A DNA stretch of 57,832 nt from Candidatus Epulonipiscium sp. Its GTDB lineage: Bacteria > Bacillota > Clostridia > Lachnospirales > JAAYNZ01. Positions 1 to 8,652 of this stretch are shown in pieces. The notes under the pieces are model-generated. The model saw only the letters and a program-made list of their open reading frames with translations. It was not told the DNA's origin and ran no database searches. Every line of letters starts with the position of its first letter. Position 1 is the first letter of the stretch. The stretch covers positions 1 to 57,832 of the forward strand of contig JAAYSE010000127.1 in NCBI GenBank assembly GCA_012524135.1, read 5' to 3'. The position numbers and the translations under genes are program-made.

Positions 1-1494
1 ATTACATTATTAGGAATTATTACCATATCCCTACTTCCTGTATTTGTATTTATGATACGATCTAGTATTAATGAAGAACAACGATTTGTTGCTTATCAAT
101 TGGCATTAAGCCAATTGGAATGGTTAAAAACTTTAGATTACAATGAAGAATTAGGATTAAAAAAGGATCATTATCAACCTCATGGTATTGTAGAAGAAAC
201 TCTTTTTATGAATGAGAACAACAGCAATCCCTATGTTATCGATGGAACTCCTTATCGTATGCATACTCGGATTTATTGGGAAAAAGCTCAATCGTATACT
301 AAAGATATGATAGCAAATGCAATGAAAAAAGCAGAAGTAACCGTATATACCCGTAATCCTTTTACGGGAAAAGAAACAAAAGTGGCTACTGTCGGTTCTC
401 TTATTTCTTTTGAAGGTGAAAGAGAACCAACTACACCAGGATATATTGAAGTATATGCTTTTTGGTGGGATCGTCAAAAAAAAGAAAGTACAGCGGAAAA
501 AAATGTTGGTGTAGATTTAAAAGGACCAGCTATTGGTACCGTTTATTCCGATGATCAAGGGAAGGCTATTTTTGGAGAACTATCTCCAGGTTCTTATACT
601 GTTGACATTACTTCTTGGGATCGTGGGGAATTGATGGTTCAGCCTTCTGGTGTTATAGGTTCAATTCCTTATCAGAAATATCAAACCATTCAAACAATAG
701 AGGTTCCGGATTGGAAGAAAGAGACAACAGAATATCCTTCACTCAATTTTTATGTAGATTGGCCTGTCAAGTTATCTTTAGATAAATATCCTAAAGAAGC
801 TATTTTAGAAATTCAACCTACTACAAGCTCTTGTCCATTACCAGAAGGTACTCCTTATGATTTTATGCAATTAAGTATTCAATTACAAAATTTATCCAAA
901 ACGAGTTTTTGGTGGAATTGGCAATATGACTATCGTATTTATCATGAAGATGAAGAATATTTTTTGTCTATGAAAGATCAAGAAAAAGAATGGGATGGAA
1001 CATTTCAACCACCTGCTTCCAGAACGGATTATTATGATATGGTATTATATGGCGGCTTAGTAAAAGAAGGAATACTTACAAAAGAAAATCTTAACCAAAA
1101 GGATGTAAATAAATCAATTATTATAGTGGAATTAGATACTTCTTGTTATGTAAAAGGATGGGAAGATGTTGAATTTCAAATTAATGAAGGAGAAACACTA
1201 TTATCAAAAAATACCTTTCCTTTTTATGACACAAAGGAATCTTTTTTAGAAGCGGTATATGCAGAAGATCATGTAGAGAACGTAGGATATTTTATTGAAA
1301 CCATAAATCCTAGTGAGATGAATAGAGATTTTCATAAAAAAGTTAAAATATGGATTTATGATTCTCTTCATATATTACCTTTTATAGAAGAACAAGAAAA
1401 TAGTATTAGTATTCAAAATCCACAAGTGTTAAAAAATGTTTATGGAAATACTATTGCACCCTATTATCATGTATCTTATTTACAATGGAAATAA
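1..1494 (+). CDS. Large minor-pilin/pseudopilin-like protein, 5' end cut by the window edge
   Basis: The reading frame is open from nt 1. Codons 1-51 read ITLLGIITISLLPVFVF, a hydrophobic helix like the N-terminal helix of type IV pilins, so the M at 52 is probably internal. It is followed by pilin genes. One segment (about nt 503-620, VGVDLKGPAIGTVYSDDQGKAIFGELSPGSYTVD) fits the generic Cna-B/carboxypeptidase-regulatory beta-sandwich pattern. Confidence 0.5.
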   Translation: MTLLGIITISLLPVFVFMIRSSINEEQRFVAYQLALSQLEWLKTLDYNEELGLKKDHYQPHGIVEETLFMNENNSNPYVIDGTPYRMHTRIYWEKAQSYTKDMIANAMKKAEVTVYTRNPFTGKETKVATVGSLISFEGEREPTTPGYIEVYAFWWDRQKKESTAEKNVGVDLKGPAIGTVYSDDQGKAIFGELSPGSYTVDITSWDRGELMVQPSGVIGSIPYQKYQTIQTIEVPDWKKETTEYPSLNFYVDWPVKLSLDKYPKEAILEIQPTTSSCPLPEGTPYDFMQLSIQLQNLSKTSFWWNWQYDYRIYHEDEEYFLSMKDQEKEWDGTFQPPASRTDYYDMVLYGGLVKEGILTKENLNQKDVNKSIIIVELDTSCYVKGWEDVEFQINEGETLLSKNTFPFYDTKESFLEAVYAEDHVENVGYFIETINPSEMNRDFHKKVKIWIYDSLHILPFIEEQENSISIQNPQVLKNVYGNTIAPYYHVSYLQWK

Positions 1495-1515
1495 ATATAG
1501 AAAAGAGGAAAAACC

Positions 1516-2115
1516 ATGAAAAAAATAAATTCATTGATATTTTATAGACATTCAAATCATGGCTATACTCTTTTGGAATTATTGATTGTATTGGGTTTTA
1601 TGGGCATTTTATTCGTACTTGCGTATCAATTATTATTTTTTAGTAATCAATCATTTCAGACAATGTCTAATCAAGCTATTTTTATGGATGAAGCAAGAAA
1701 AACAATACGTCAATTAGAACAAGAAATTAGAAGGGCAAGAAAAGCTACGGATATTTTTGATGAATATGGTATTGTTTCTATTTCGGAACAAGAAATAAAA
1801 GTATATGTAGATATTAATAAGGATGATATTCCTGAATGCCTTCGATATCGAGTACATCAAGGAAAACTTAAAAAAAGTATTTCTTATGCTACCAATGATC
1901 AATATCCTTATTTATATGGATCTTTTTCAAAAGAAGAAATAATTATGTCAGGTATTACAAATACCGATGTATTTACAAAATTAGAAAAAGTATCAAAAGA
2001 AAATAAAAAAGATCAAAGACAAAAGATACAAATTAAATTTGTATTACAAAATCAAAACGATACGATGGAAATCATTCGTTATGCAATGTCAAAAAGTAGA
2101 GAAAAATCGGATTAA
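1516..2115 (+). CDS. Minor pilin with a prepilin-type N-terminal cleavage/methylation motif
   Basis: N-terminus is ...HSNHG|YTLLELLIVLGFMGILFVLAY: Gly at -1, Glu at +5, then a hydrophobic helix. RBS AGAGGAAAA lies upstream. Confidence 0.7.
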   Translation: MKKINSLIFYRHSNHGYTLLELLIVLGFMGILFVLAYQLLFFSNQSFQTMSNQAIFMDEARKTIRQLEQEIRRARKATDIFDEYGIVSISEQEIKVYVDINKDDIPECLRYRVHQGKLKKSISYATNDQYPYLYGSFSKEEIIMSGITNTDVFTKLEKVSKENKKDQRQKIQIKFVLQNQNDTMEIIRYAMSKSREKSD

Positions 2116-2136
2116 TTATAGAATAGGAGGGGGAAA

Positions 2137-3801
2137 ATGCAAAAATATTCAAATCAAGGTAGTGTAACACCGATGATTTTGATTGTTTTTATTGTGATGC
2201 TTATATTAGGAGGAGTAGGAATTTTTATCACAAAAAGTCATTTAAAAATGAATACCCAGTATATTGCAGAAGAAAAAGCCCTCCAATATGCAGAAGCCGG
2301 ATTTAATAATTATTTATGGCATTTGAATGACGATGTAAATTTTTATAGCCGATCAGAAAGTGAAGCGATGCAAAAGTCCCCTCAGTCTTTTCAAGATGGT
2401 TATTATCTTTTAAAGATCACGAAACCCAGTGATTTAGAGCGATATGTTACCATTCGTTCTACGGGATGGTTAAAAACATCACCCGATATAAAAAGAACTG
2501 TTGAAGTAAAAATTCGTAAAAAACAATTTGTGCATCATGTTTATGTTAGTGAAAGTGAAGGTAACAATATTTGGTGGACGACAGGAGATGAAACTCATGG
2601 ACCGTATCATACCAATGGTGTTTTAAGGGTTCAGGGAAATCCTAAATTTTTTGATACAGTAACGTATGCAAAAGATTATAACCATAGAAATGGAAAGCCA
2701 GATTATAAGATGGGTTCCCCTCAACAAGTAGGACGTTTAGAATTTCCTAAGACTAATTCTAAATTAAAATATTGGGCGGAATTAGATGATGCAGTCTATA
2801 CAGGTCGAACTTGTATTTACCTTATGGATGATCGCATAAAAATTCGAAAAAACGATGGTATTATAGAAGAAAGAAAGATTCCATCTAATAAAGTGATTTA
2901 TATTGATGGAGAAGAAAAACCTGGTGATAAATGGGGATTAGATACAGCTAATGTTTTTGTATCGGGTACATTGTCAGGAGAGCTAACGATTGCTGCAAAA
3001 AATAATATTTATATTATGTATGCTGATCCTACAGAATGGTATGAAGATAGAGGATATGTAGATGGATATTATGGGTCTGAACCTCCTCATCCACCTAGAA
3101 ATTTTGATCATCCCAATAAATACGATCCACAATCATATCCATATAAAGGTGGTATTTTTTATAAAAATACGACCTTTGGTGATCCTAATAATCCTTCTAT
3201 TTATGATGAAGAGTTGGGCATTTATGTTCGGCAGGCAAAGGGACCCGATATGCTAGGATTGGTGGCCAATCATAATGTATGGATTTCACATTATGGTTGG
3301 CCTAAAAATCCAAATGATGGAGGAAAATCTTATTGGGATTATACATGGGAATGGGAATCTAGAGCAATCGTTAATAGTCGAGGAAGGGTTATAGGATATC
3401 AAAATGGTTGGTTTAAAAAACAACAGATAGAATATTTACCGAAATATGATGAGAATGGATATGCTATTGTAGATCGAAGAGGAAGACCAATATATGAGTA
3501 TTATAATACTACTTATGATATAGCTCCTTATAACATAACGATTCATGCTGCTATTTTTGCTGTTCAAGGAGGCTTTGGTTATGAGAACTATCACTATGGT
3601 CCTAAAAAAGGAGATATTATACTTTGGGGTAATTTAACACAGTATATACGACGCCCTGTTGGTATTATTCAAACAACTGGCTATACGAAAAAATATGCAC
3701 ATGATCGTAGAATGTTTTATGATTACCCTCCTCATATTTTAGAGCCAACCAATGTGGGATGGGAAATTCGGGATTGGCATGAAATTTCTGATTCTGAATA
3801 A
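2137..3801 (+). CDS. Large (554 aa) PilX-N-like minor pilin / putative tip-associated protein
   Basis: N-terminus NQGSVTPMILIVFIVMLILGGVGIF resembles PilX_N-type pseudopilins, which lack the canonical G/F-E5 site. Strong RBS GGAGGGGG. Sits within the pilin gene run. Function of the large C-terminal part is unknown. Confidence 0.5.
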   Translation: MQKYSNQGSVTPMILIVFIVMLILGGVGIFITKSHLKMNTQYIAEEKALQYAEAGFNNYLWHLNDDVNFYSRSESEAMQKSPQSFQDGYYLLKITKPSDLERYVTIRSTGWLKTSPDIKRTVEVKIRKKQFVHHVYVSESEGNNIWWTTGDETHGPYHTNGVLRVQGNPKFFDTVTYAKDYNHRNGKPDYKMGSPQQVGRLEFPKTNSKLKYWAELDDAVYTGRTCIYLMDDRIKIRKNDGIIEERKIPSNKVIYIDGEEKPGDKWGLDTANVFVSGTLSGELTIAAKNNIYIMYADPTEWYEDRGYVDGYYGSEPPHPPRNFDHPNKYDPQSYPYKGGIFYKNTTFGDPNNPSIYDEELGIYVRQAKGPDMLGLVANHNVWISHYGWPKNPNDGGKSYWDYTWEWESRAIVNSRGRVIGYQNGWFKKQQIEYLPKYDENGYAIVDRRGRPIYEYYNTTYDIAPYNITIHAAIFAVQGGFGYENYHYGPKKGDIILWGNLTQYIRRPVGIIQTTGYTKKYAHDRRMFYDYPPHILEPTNVGWEIRDWHEISDSE

Positions 3802-3844
3802 AAAAAGATTAACTATGGATCTATGAAAACAAGGGGAGGACAAA

Positions 3845-4915
3845 ATGAAAAAATGGAATTGGTTATGGTCGAATCAAGCATTATCTATTGACATAGGATC
3901 TTATTGTACGAAATTTGTTGTTGGGAAACAAAAACAAGGAAAAATTATTATTGAACAAGCTTTTTCTGTTCCGACTCCATTAGAAAGTTATAAAGATGGT
4001 AAAATATCAAATGTTCAATCTTTATTTAAGAATTTATCACAAGCATTACAAAATCAAAAAGTTAAAGTAAAATCAGTAATGTGTACGATAGAAAGTACTG
4101 CTATTATTTATCGTGAGCTATTCCTTCCGATAAGTAAACCAAAAGTCCTAAATCAAATGTTAAAAATAGAAGTACAACAAAATTTACCGATTGAACTGGA
4201 ACAATATATTATACAGGGTAGAATTTTAGAAAAAATTCAAGAGGAATCCACCTTTAAATATCGAGTATTAGTAGCAGCAGTCCCTAAGAATATTGTAAAA
4301 AGTTATATTCAACTTTTAGAGCTTTTAAATCTTAAACCGATTGCCATTGATCTTCATTCTAATGGTATTAGTAAATTAGTTAAAAATAGTAATACCATTA
4401 ATGATCAAGTTATGATTCAAAATAAAACAATTGCAATCATAGATATTGGATATTCTATGATGAATGTTGTTATTTTAGAAAATGGTATTTTTAGATTTAA
4501 TCGATTGCTTCCTATAGGTAGTCAAGAAATTGACATGAATATTGCTAATTCTTTTAATCTAACACTGGAGGAAGCGGAAAAGAAAAAAATGGATTTACAA
4601 CAATACAAAGAAAAAGAAAAAATGCCTAATTCTTTGGATTGGCTTCAAAAAAGCATGGAAATAACCTTGGAATATTGGGCAAAAGAAATTGAAAAAGTCT
4701 TTCGTTATTATACTAGTCGTTCTTTTACGCATGTAATAGATGCTATATATTTACATGGGGGTAGTGCTTCTATGGAAACAGTTCTTTCTTATTTTCAAGT
4801 TTTTTTTAATCTGCCTGTAGAAAGAATGCAAAAAATGGATTGTATTCAATGGGGAAATTCATCTCAAGAATTATATCAATATATCAATGCAGTAGCAACA
4901 TTGTTACGAAAATAA
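3845..4915 (+). CDS. pilM: Type IV pilus assembly protein PilM (actin-like ATPase fold)
   Basis: LSIDIGSYCTKFVVGK phosphate-1-like motif, IAIIDIGYSMMNVVI second motif, and size of 356 aa. Followed by pilN/pilO-like genes. RBS GGGGAGGA. Confidence 0.8.
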   Translation: MKKWNWLWSNQALSIDIGSYCTKFVVGKQKQGKIIIEQAFSVPTPLESYKDGKISNVQSLFKNLSQALQNQKVKVKSVMCTIESTAIIYRELFLPISKPKVLNQMLKIEVQQNLPIELEQYIIQGRILEKIQEESTFKYRVLVAAVPKNIVKSYIQLLELLNLKPIAIDLHSNGISKLVKNSNTINDQVMIQNKTIAIIDIGYSMMNVVILENGIFRFNRLLPIGSQEIDMNIANSFNLTLEEAEKKKMDLQQYKEKEKMPNSLDWLQKSMEITLEYWAKEIEKVFRYYTSRSFTHVIDAIYLHGGSASMETVLSYFQVFFNLPVERMQKMDCIQWGNSSQELYQYINAVATLLRK

Positions 4916-4927
4916 AGGAGGACTTTT

Positions 4928-5497
4928 ATGGATGATTTTAATTTTCTTGTTTATGAAGACGATAATTTTAAAAAAAATATTCGAGAATTACAGATTTTTT
5001 TATGGATCGGAATATTTATTCTGTTTCTAAGTTTTATAGGTGGATTTTGGTTCTATCGATGGAGACAGATTAAAAAGGTGGAAAAAGTCATTGAAACTAT
5101 TTCTTGTGAATTAACTTCTGCGGAGCTACTTGAACAATTATCGGAAATTGAAAAGCAAAAACAAGAGGTAGAAAGATTAGAACAACAATTTAGTTATATA
5201 GAAGATATAGAAAAATATTTAAAACAAAAAGATCGGTATCTATTTCAATTATTTTATGAAATATCTCAACAAGTGCCAAAAGGTATATTTCTTCAATCGA
5301 TAGAAATGGATGATCAAATTATTAGAATTCAGGGATATGGATCAGATGAAAAAGTGATTGCTGTTTTTAAACATAGTATAGAACAGTTAGAAAAATTTAC
5401 TATGATTTATATTCCACAAGTATCAAAAGATGAAAATGTAAGTTATTTTACCATGAACATGCAATATAAGGACGGGGAAAACAATGAAACTCAGTAA
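4928..5497 (+). CDS. pilN: PilN-like bitopic pilus assembly protein
   Basis: Short cytoplasmic N-terminus (DDFNFLV), a single TM (IFLWIGIFILFLSFIGGFWFY), then a coiled-coil and periplasmic-type domain. Positioned between pilM and pilO. RBS AGGAGGA. Confidence 0.6.
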   Translation: MDDFNFLVYEDDNFKKNIRELQIFLWIGIFILFLSFIGGFWFYRWRQIKKVEKVIETISCELTSAELLEQLSEIEKQKQEVERLEQQFSYIEDIEKYLKQKDRYLFQLFYEISQQVPKGIFLQSIEMDDQIIRIQGYGSDEKVIAVFKHSIEQLEKFTMIYIPQVSKDENVSYFTMNMQYKDGENNETQ

Positions 5498-6683
5498 GAG
5501 AGAAAAAATAGGATTAGGTATTTTAGGTATTTTATTAATAGGGTTTATTTACTATCGTTGGATTTTTATTCCCCAAACAAATACATTAGAGCTTTTAAAA
5601 ATAGAGCAAAAAAATCAAGAAGATGAAAAAAAACGTGTGCAGAGTATTTTAGATATGCAGCCTATATTTCAAGAAAAATCACAAGTGCTTACAAAAAAGT
5701 GGCAAAATTTTTCTGTTCCTTTTTTTACAAATATTCATCAACAAGATGTTATTTTATTATTACAAGAATTGGATAACCCTTTTCCTTTTGAAATTGTAGA
5801 AATGTCTTTTTCTGAAATAAATCCGATTACTTGGATCGATAAAGATCAAGAAGAAAAAATAGGACAAGATCTTACCGTATCACTTCAGTATGAAGGAACT
5901 TATGATGGAATTATGCATTTTTTAAAAAAATTAGAGGATTATCCTAAAAAAATTATAGTAGATCAAATTCGTTTACAGCAAGTATCTAATTCTAGCCAAT
6001 TAGGTGGGAATATTGTTTTGCATTTCTATGGTTTCCCCGAAATTGAAAAAGAGGATTTGTTGTTTCATTGGGAACAAAATACTATTTTAACACAGCAAAA
6101 TCTAGCTATTCCATGGATTCAAAATATTCCTGTAGAAACAGAGATGAATGAAGAACAAAGCGATACCTGGGAAGAGTTTATTGAAAACAATGGACAAAGT
6201 ATAGATGAAAAATCCATAGTACAAAAATTAAAGAGTAAAACAATTTTTCAATTTCATCCTCAATTGGTTTTTTGTGTAGGAGAACCAAAAGAGGTGCAGG
6301 GTACCATTCGCTTATTTGAAGAAGATTTATTATTGGAATATCACTTTTTGAAAGATATTGGTCAGCGTAGAGTAAATATAGTAGTAGAAGAATCGTCAGC
6401 GATTATTTCTTCTCAGCCATTACAAGTGATCATACCTATTTATGCATTTGCTAATGAAAAACATGGTGTAGGGATGGTCATTCGAGATGCTTTAGGTAAG
6501 GAGAAAGAGATTCTTTTAGCGGATCAAATTAATTGGTTAGGATGGAAAACACTTCAAACAGAGCTACCTGTTGATATTACATATCCTATAGTAATTCAAA
6601 GAATCTATATAGAAGCACCGTCTCAGTCATCGTATGGAGCAACAGGAAAGTTGCTGTTTGATCGAATTGATATTGTAGAATAG
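5484..6683 (+). CDS. pilO: PilO-like protein with an extra C-terminal domain of about 200 aa
   Basis: N-terminal TM (IGLGILGILLIGFIYY), a coiled-coil and a PilO-sized domain (about 190 aa). An acidic linker and an additional domain of unknown function follow. Overlaps pilN by 14 nt. Confidence 0.55.
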   Translation: MKLSKREKIGLGILGILLIGFIYYRWIFIPQTNTLELLKIEQKNQEDEKKRVQSILDMQPIFQEKSQVLTKKWQNFSVPFFTNIHQQDVILLLQELDNPFPFEIVEMSFSEINPITWIDKDQEEKIGQDLTVSLQYEGTYDGIMHFLKKLEDYPKKIIVDQIRLQQVSNSSQLGGNIVLHFYGFPEIEKEDLLFHWEQNTILTQQNLAIPWIQNIPVETEMNEEQSDTWEEFIENNGQSIDEKSIVQKLKSKTIFQFHPQLVFCVGEPKEVQGTIRLFEEDLLLEYHFLKDIGQRRVNIVVEESSAIISSQPLQVIIPIYAFANEKHGVGMVIRDALGKEKEILLADQINWLGWKTLQTELPVDITYPIVIQRIYIEAPSQSSYGATGKLLFDRIDIVE

Positions 6684-6701
6684 GAATAGGAGGTATGAAA
6701 T

Positions 6702-8528
6702 ATGAGTCATAGAAAGGGAAAAATATCATTATTCGGTTTCTTTTTTTTAGTATATATAAGTTGTATTTTTCTTTTTTTTCCACAAAATTTAGTTTTCGCT
6801 CAATCTGAATCCAAAGAAGGGTATAAAGAAGGGTATGAGGCGGGGGAAGATGTAGGAAATTTTTATGGAGAAAAAGATCGTCAAAATGAAAAAAAATCAG
6901 ATTGGAGAACATCTTATAAAAAAGAAAAGCAATATATAGATGATGATTATGATTTACGTTCTTATACATCTTCTTATCGTCGTGACTTTTATCAAGGCTT
7001 TGAAGAAGGGTTTAGAGATGCATATAAAAAAGCATATAAGCGTGAAGATACAGATAAAAACTACTCCGATACGGATAGGGGTTTATCAGATGGAAAAAGT
7101 ATGGGGGATTTATTAGGTAAGATTCAAGGAACGAAAGATGCAAGAGAAGGAAAATCTAATAATTGGGAACGTAAAGTTTTTACCAAAAAACAAATTGAAT
7201 ATAGATATGAACTAGGGCAAGATTCAAAAGAATATAGTCGTAACTTTGTACAAGGTTTTTTAGAAGCATATGAATTAGCTTATGTTACAGCTTATAGAAA
7301 AATGAAAGTAGAAAATGCTTCTCTTTCTATTCAACAAGCTTATGAACATGGGATGAGTTTGGGAACTCAAGCAGGTACTTTATGGGGACAAAGACACTGG
7401 GAAGAAAAGGAGTTTTATGATTGGGAATGGGCCTTACAATTATATGAGAAAGAAATTCCTCTTAATCAACGATATTATTTAAATTTAGAATTAGAAGAAT
7501 ATCAAGTAGAATTTATAAATGGGTTTCATGTTGGTTTTAGAAATGCTTATAGGGATGTTTTTCAAAAAAATCATGTTACTTATGGAACAGAGAATATGAA
7601 TTATTATTGGATTAATCAAAAAGATGTAGAAATTCAACTAGAAGATACCATTGTTCATATTTTGAAAGGAGAACCCGTAGAAGAAACACAAACCATTGCA
7701 AAGCTTTTTGTTCCTACCCATGCATTTTGGGGTAAATTTTATTTGGGGATATCTAAAGATAGGAGTGATATATATACATTGTATAGTCCATATCGAACAC
7801 TTAGTGATTCTATTTATATTCGAGTTTCTAACAAAAATACGACTATAAAAAATGTAAAACCTTTAAAACTTTCTTTTCCTTGGTATGGAGAAGAAAGAGC
7901 CGGAATTTATGAATTGAAAAATAATCAATGGCGTTATATTTATAGTGTGATGGAAAATGAAACTATTACAGCTTCTATTTGGCTAGATAAAAATTTAGAA
8001 GGTCATTATATGGTGATGGTAGATGATAATTACAAAGAAATATCGGATCTTTATGGTCATTGGGCTCAAAAAGAATTATATACTTTCTTACGTCGTGGTT
8101 ATATAAAAGGTAATGATAAACGACTTTATCACCCAGATCAAACGATGACTAGAGGTGATTTTTTATTACTTTTAAGTAAAATGCAAAATTGGTCTTCATA
8201 TTCTAAAAATAATAATTTATTTAATTTTTTAGATCAAGATACTTTTGGAGAATATGCAAATGTAATCCAATATGCTACGTTACAAGGTTATGTATCTGGT
8301 TATGCGGATAATCATTTTCGTCCATATCAAGCTATTACTTATCAAGAAATAGAATGGATTTTAAAAAAAGTTTTAAAAAAATCTGATTTTCAATGGGAAG
8401 TCATCGCAGAAAAGTTAAAGTATGAAAAATTTACACAATCTAAAAGTCGGTACGGCAAAAATCAATCGATACCTAAAGGAGAAATAATTTTTGCATTATA
8501 TGTATTACAAGAAAAAGGATTACTATAA
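6702..8528 (+). CDS. Secreted repeat protein with C-terminal S-layer homology (SLH) domains
   Basis: Signal peptide ISLFGFFFLVYISCIFLFFPQNLVFA|QSE. C-terminal SLH matches are GHWAQKELYTFLRRGYIKGNDKRLYHPDQTMTRGDFLLLL and FLDQDTFGEYANVIQYATLQGYVSGYADNHFRPYQAITYQEIEWIL. The N-terminal half carries three copies of an aromatic F-x2-GF-x2-(G/A)(F/Y)-x2-AY motif. Confidence 0.75.
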   Translation: MSHRKGKISLFGFFFLVYISCIFLFFPQNLVFAQSESKEGYKEGYEAGEDVGNFYGEKDRQNEKKSDWRTSYKKEKQYIDDDYDLRSYTSSYRRDFYQGFEEGFRDAYKKAYKREDTDKNYSDTDRGLSDGKSMGDLLGKIQGTKDAREGKSNNWERKVFTKKQIEYRYELGQDSKEYSRNFVQGFLEAYELAYVTAYRKMKVENASLSIQQAYEHGMSLGTQAGTLWGQRHWEEKEFYDWEWALQLYEKEIPLNQRYYLNLELEEYQVEFINGFHVGFRNAYRDVFQKNHVTYGTENMNYYWINQKDVEIQLEDTIVHILKGEPVEETQTIAKLFVPTHAFWGKFYLGISKDRSDIYTLYSPYRTLSDSIYIRVSNKNTTIKNVKPLKLSFPWYGEERAGIYELKNNQWRYIYSVMENETITASIWLDKNLEGHYMVMVDDNYKEISDLYGHWAQKELYTFLRRGYIKGNDKRLYHPDQTMTRGDFLLLLSKMQNWSSYSKNNNLFNFLDQDTFGEYANVIQYATLQGYVSGYADNHFRPYQAITYQEIEWILKKVLKKSDFQWEVIAEKLKYEKFTQSKSRYGKNQSIPKGEIIFALYVLQEKGLL

Positions 8529-8558
8529 AATAAAATTATTGTAATAAAAACAAAATAA

Positions 8559-8587
8559 TTGCAAAATAAAAAAGGGTTTTGTATAAA
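8559..8587 (+). promoter_or_regulatory. Candidate sigma-A promoter for the pilB operon
   Basis: TTGCAA (8559-8564), 17-nt spacer, TATAAA (8582-8587), inside a 112-nt AT-rich intergenic gap. Chance matches are common in AT-rich DNA. Confidence 0.35.
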
Positions 8588-8652
8588 AATAGAGAATATT
8601 ACAATATATAAAAAATTTATCATTTTACAATATAAAATAAATGGAGGAAAGG

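Noticed and set aside
157-477. Antisense or alternate-frame shadow ORFs inside confident genes. Coordinates: 157-477(-), 1714-1902(-), 3062-3256(+), 6586-6969(-), 8843-9025(+), 13681-13872(-), 15288-15557(-), 20119-20301(-), 20511-20843(-), 24974-25303(-), 25122-25313(-), 25454-25762(-), 26270-26494(-), 29092-29391(-), 31192-31413(-), 34636-34821(+), 38055-38237(-), 40666-40887(+), 42061-42297(-), 42493-42783(-), 45498-45695(-)
   Set aside because: All are embedded in longer ORFs that carry clear family motifs. Their translations are low-complexity (Ile/Phe/Leu/Asn-rich), as expected from random frames in AT-rich DNA, and none has a convincing RBS.
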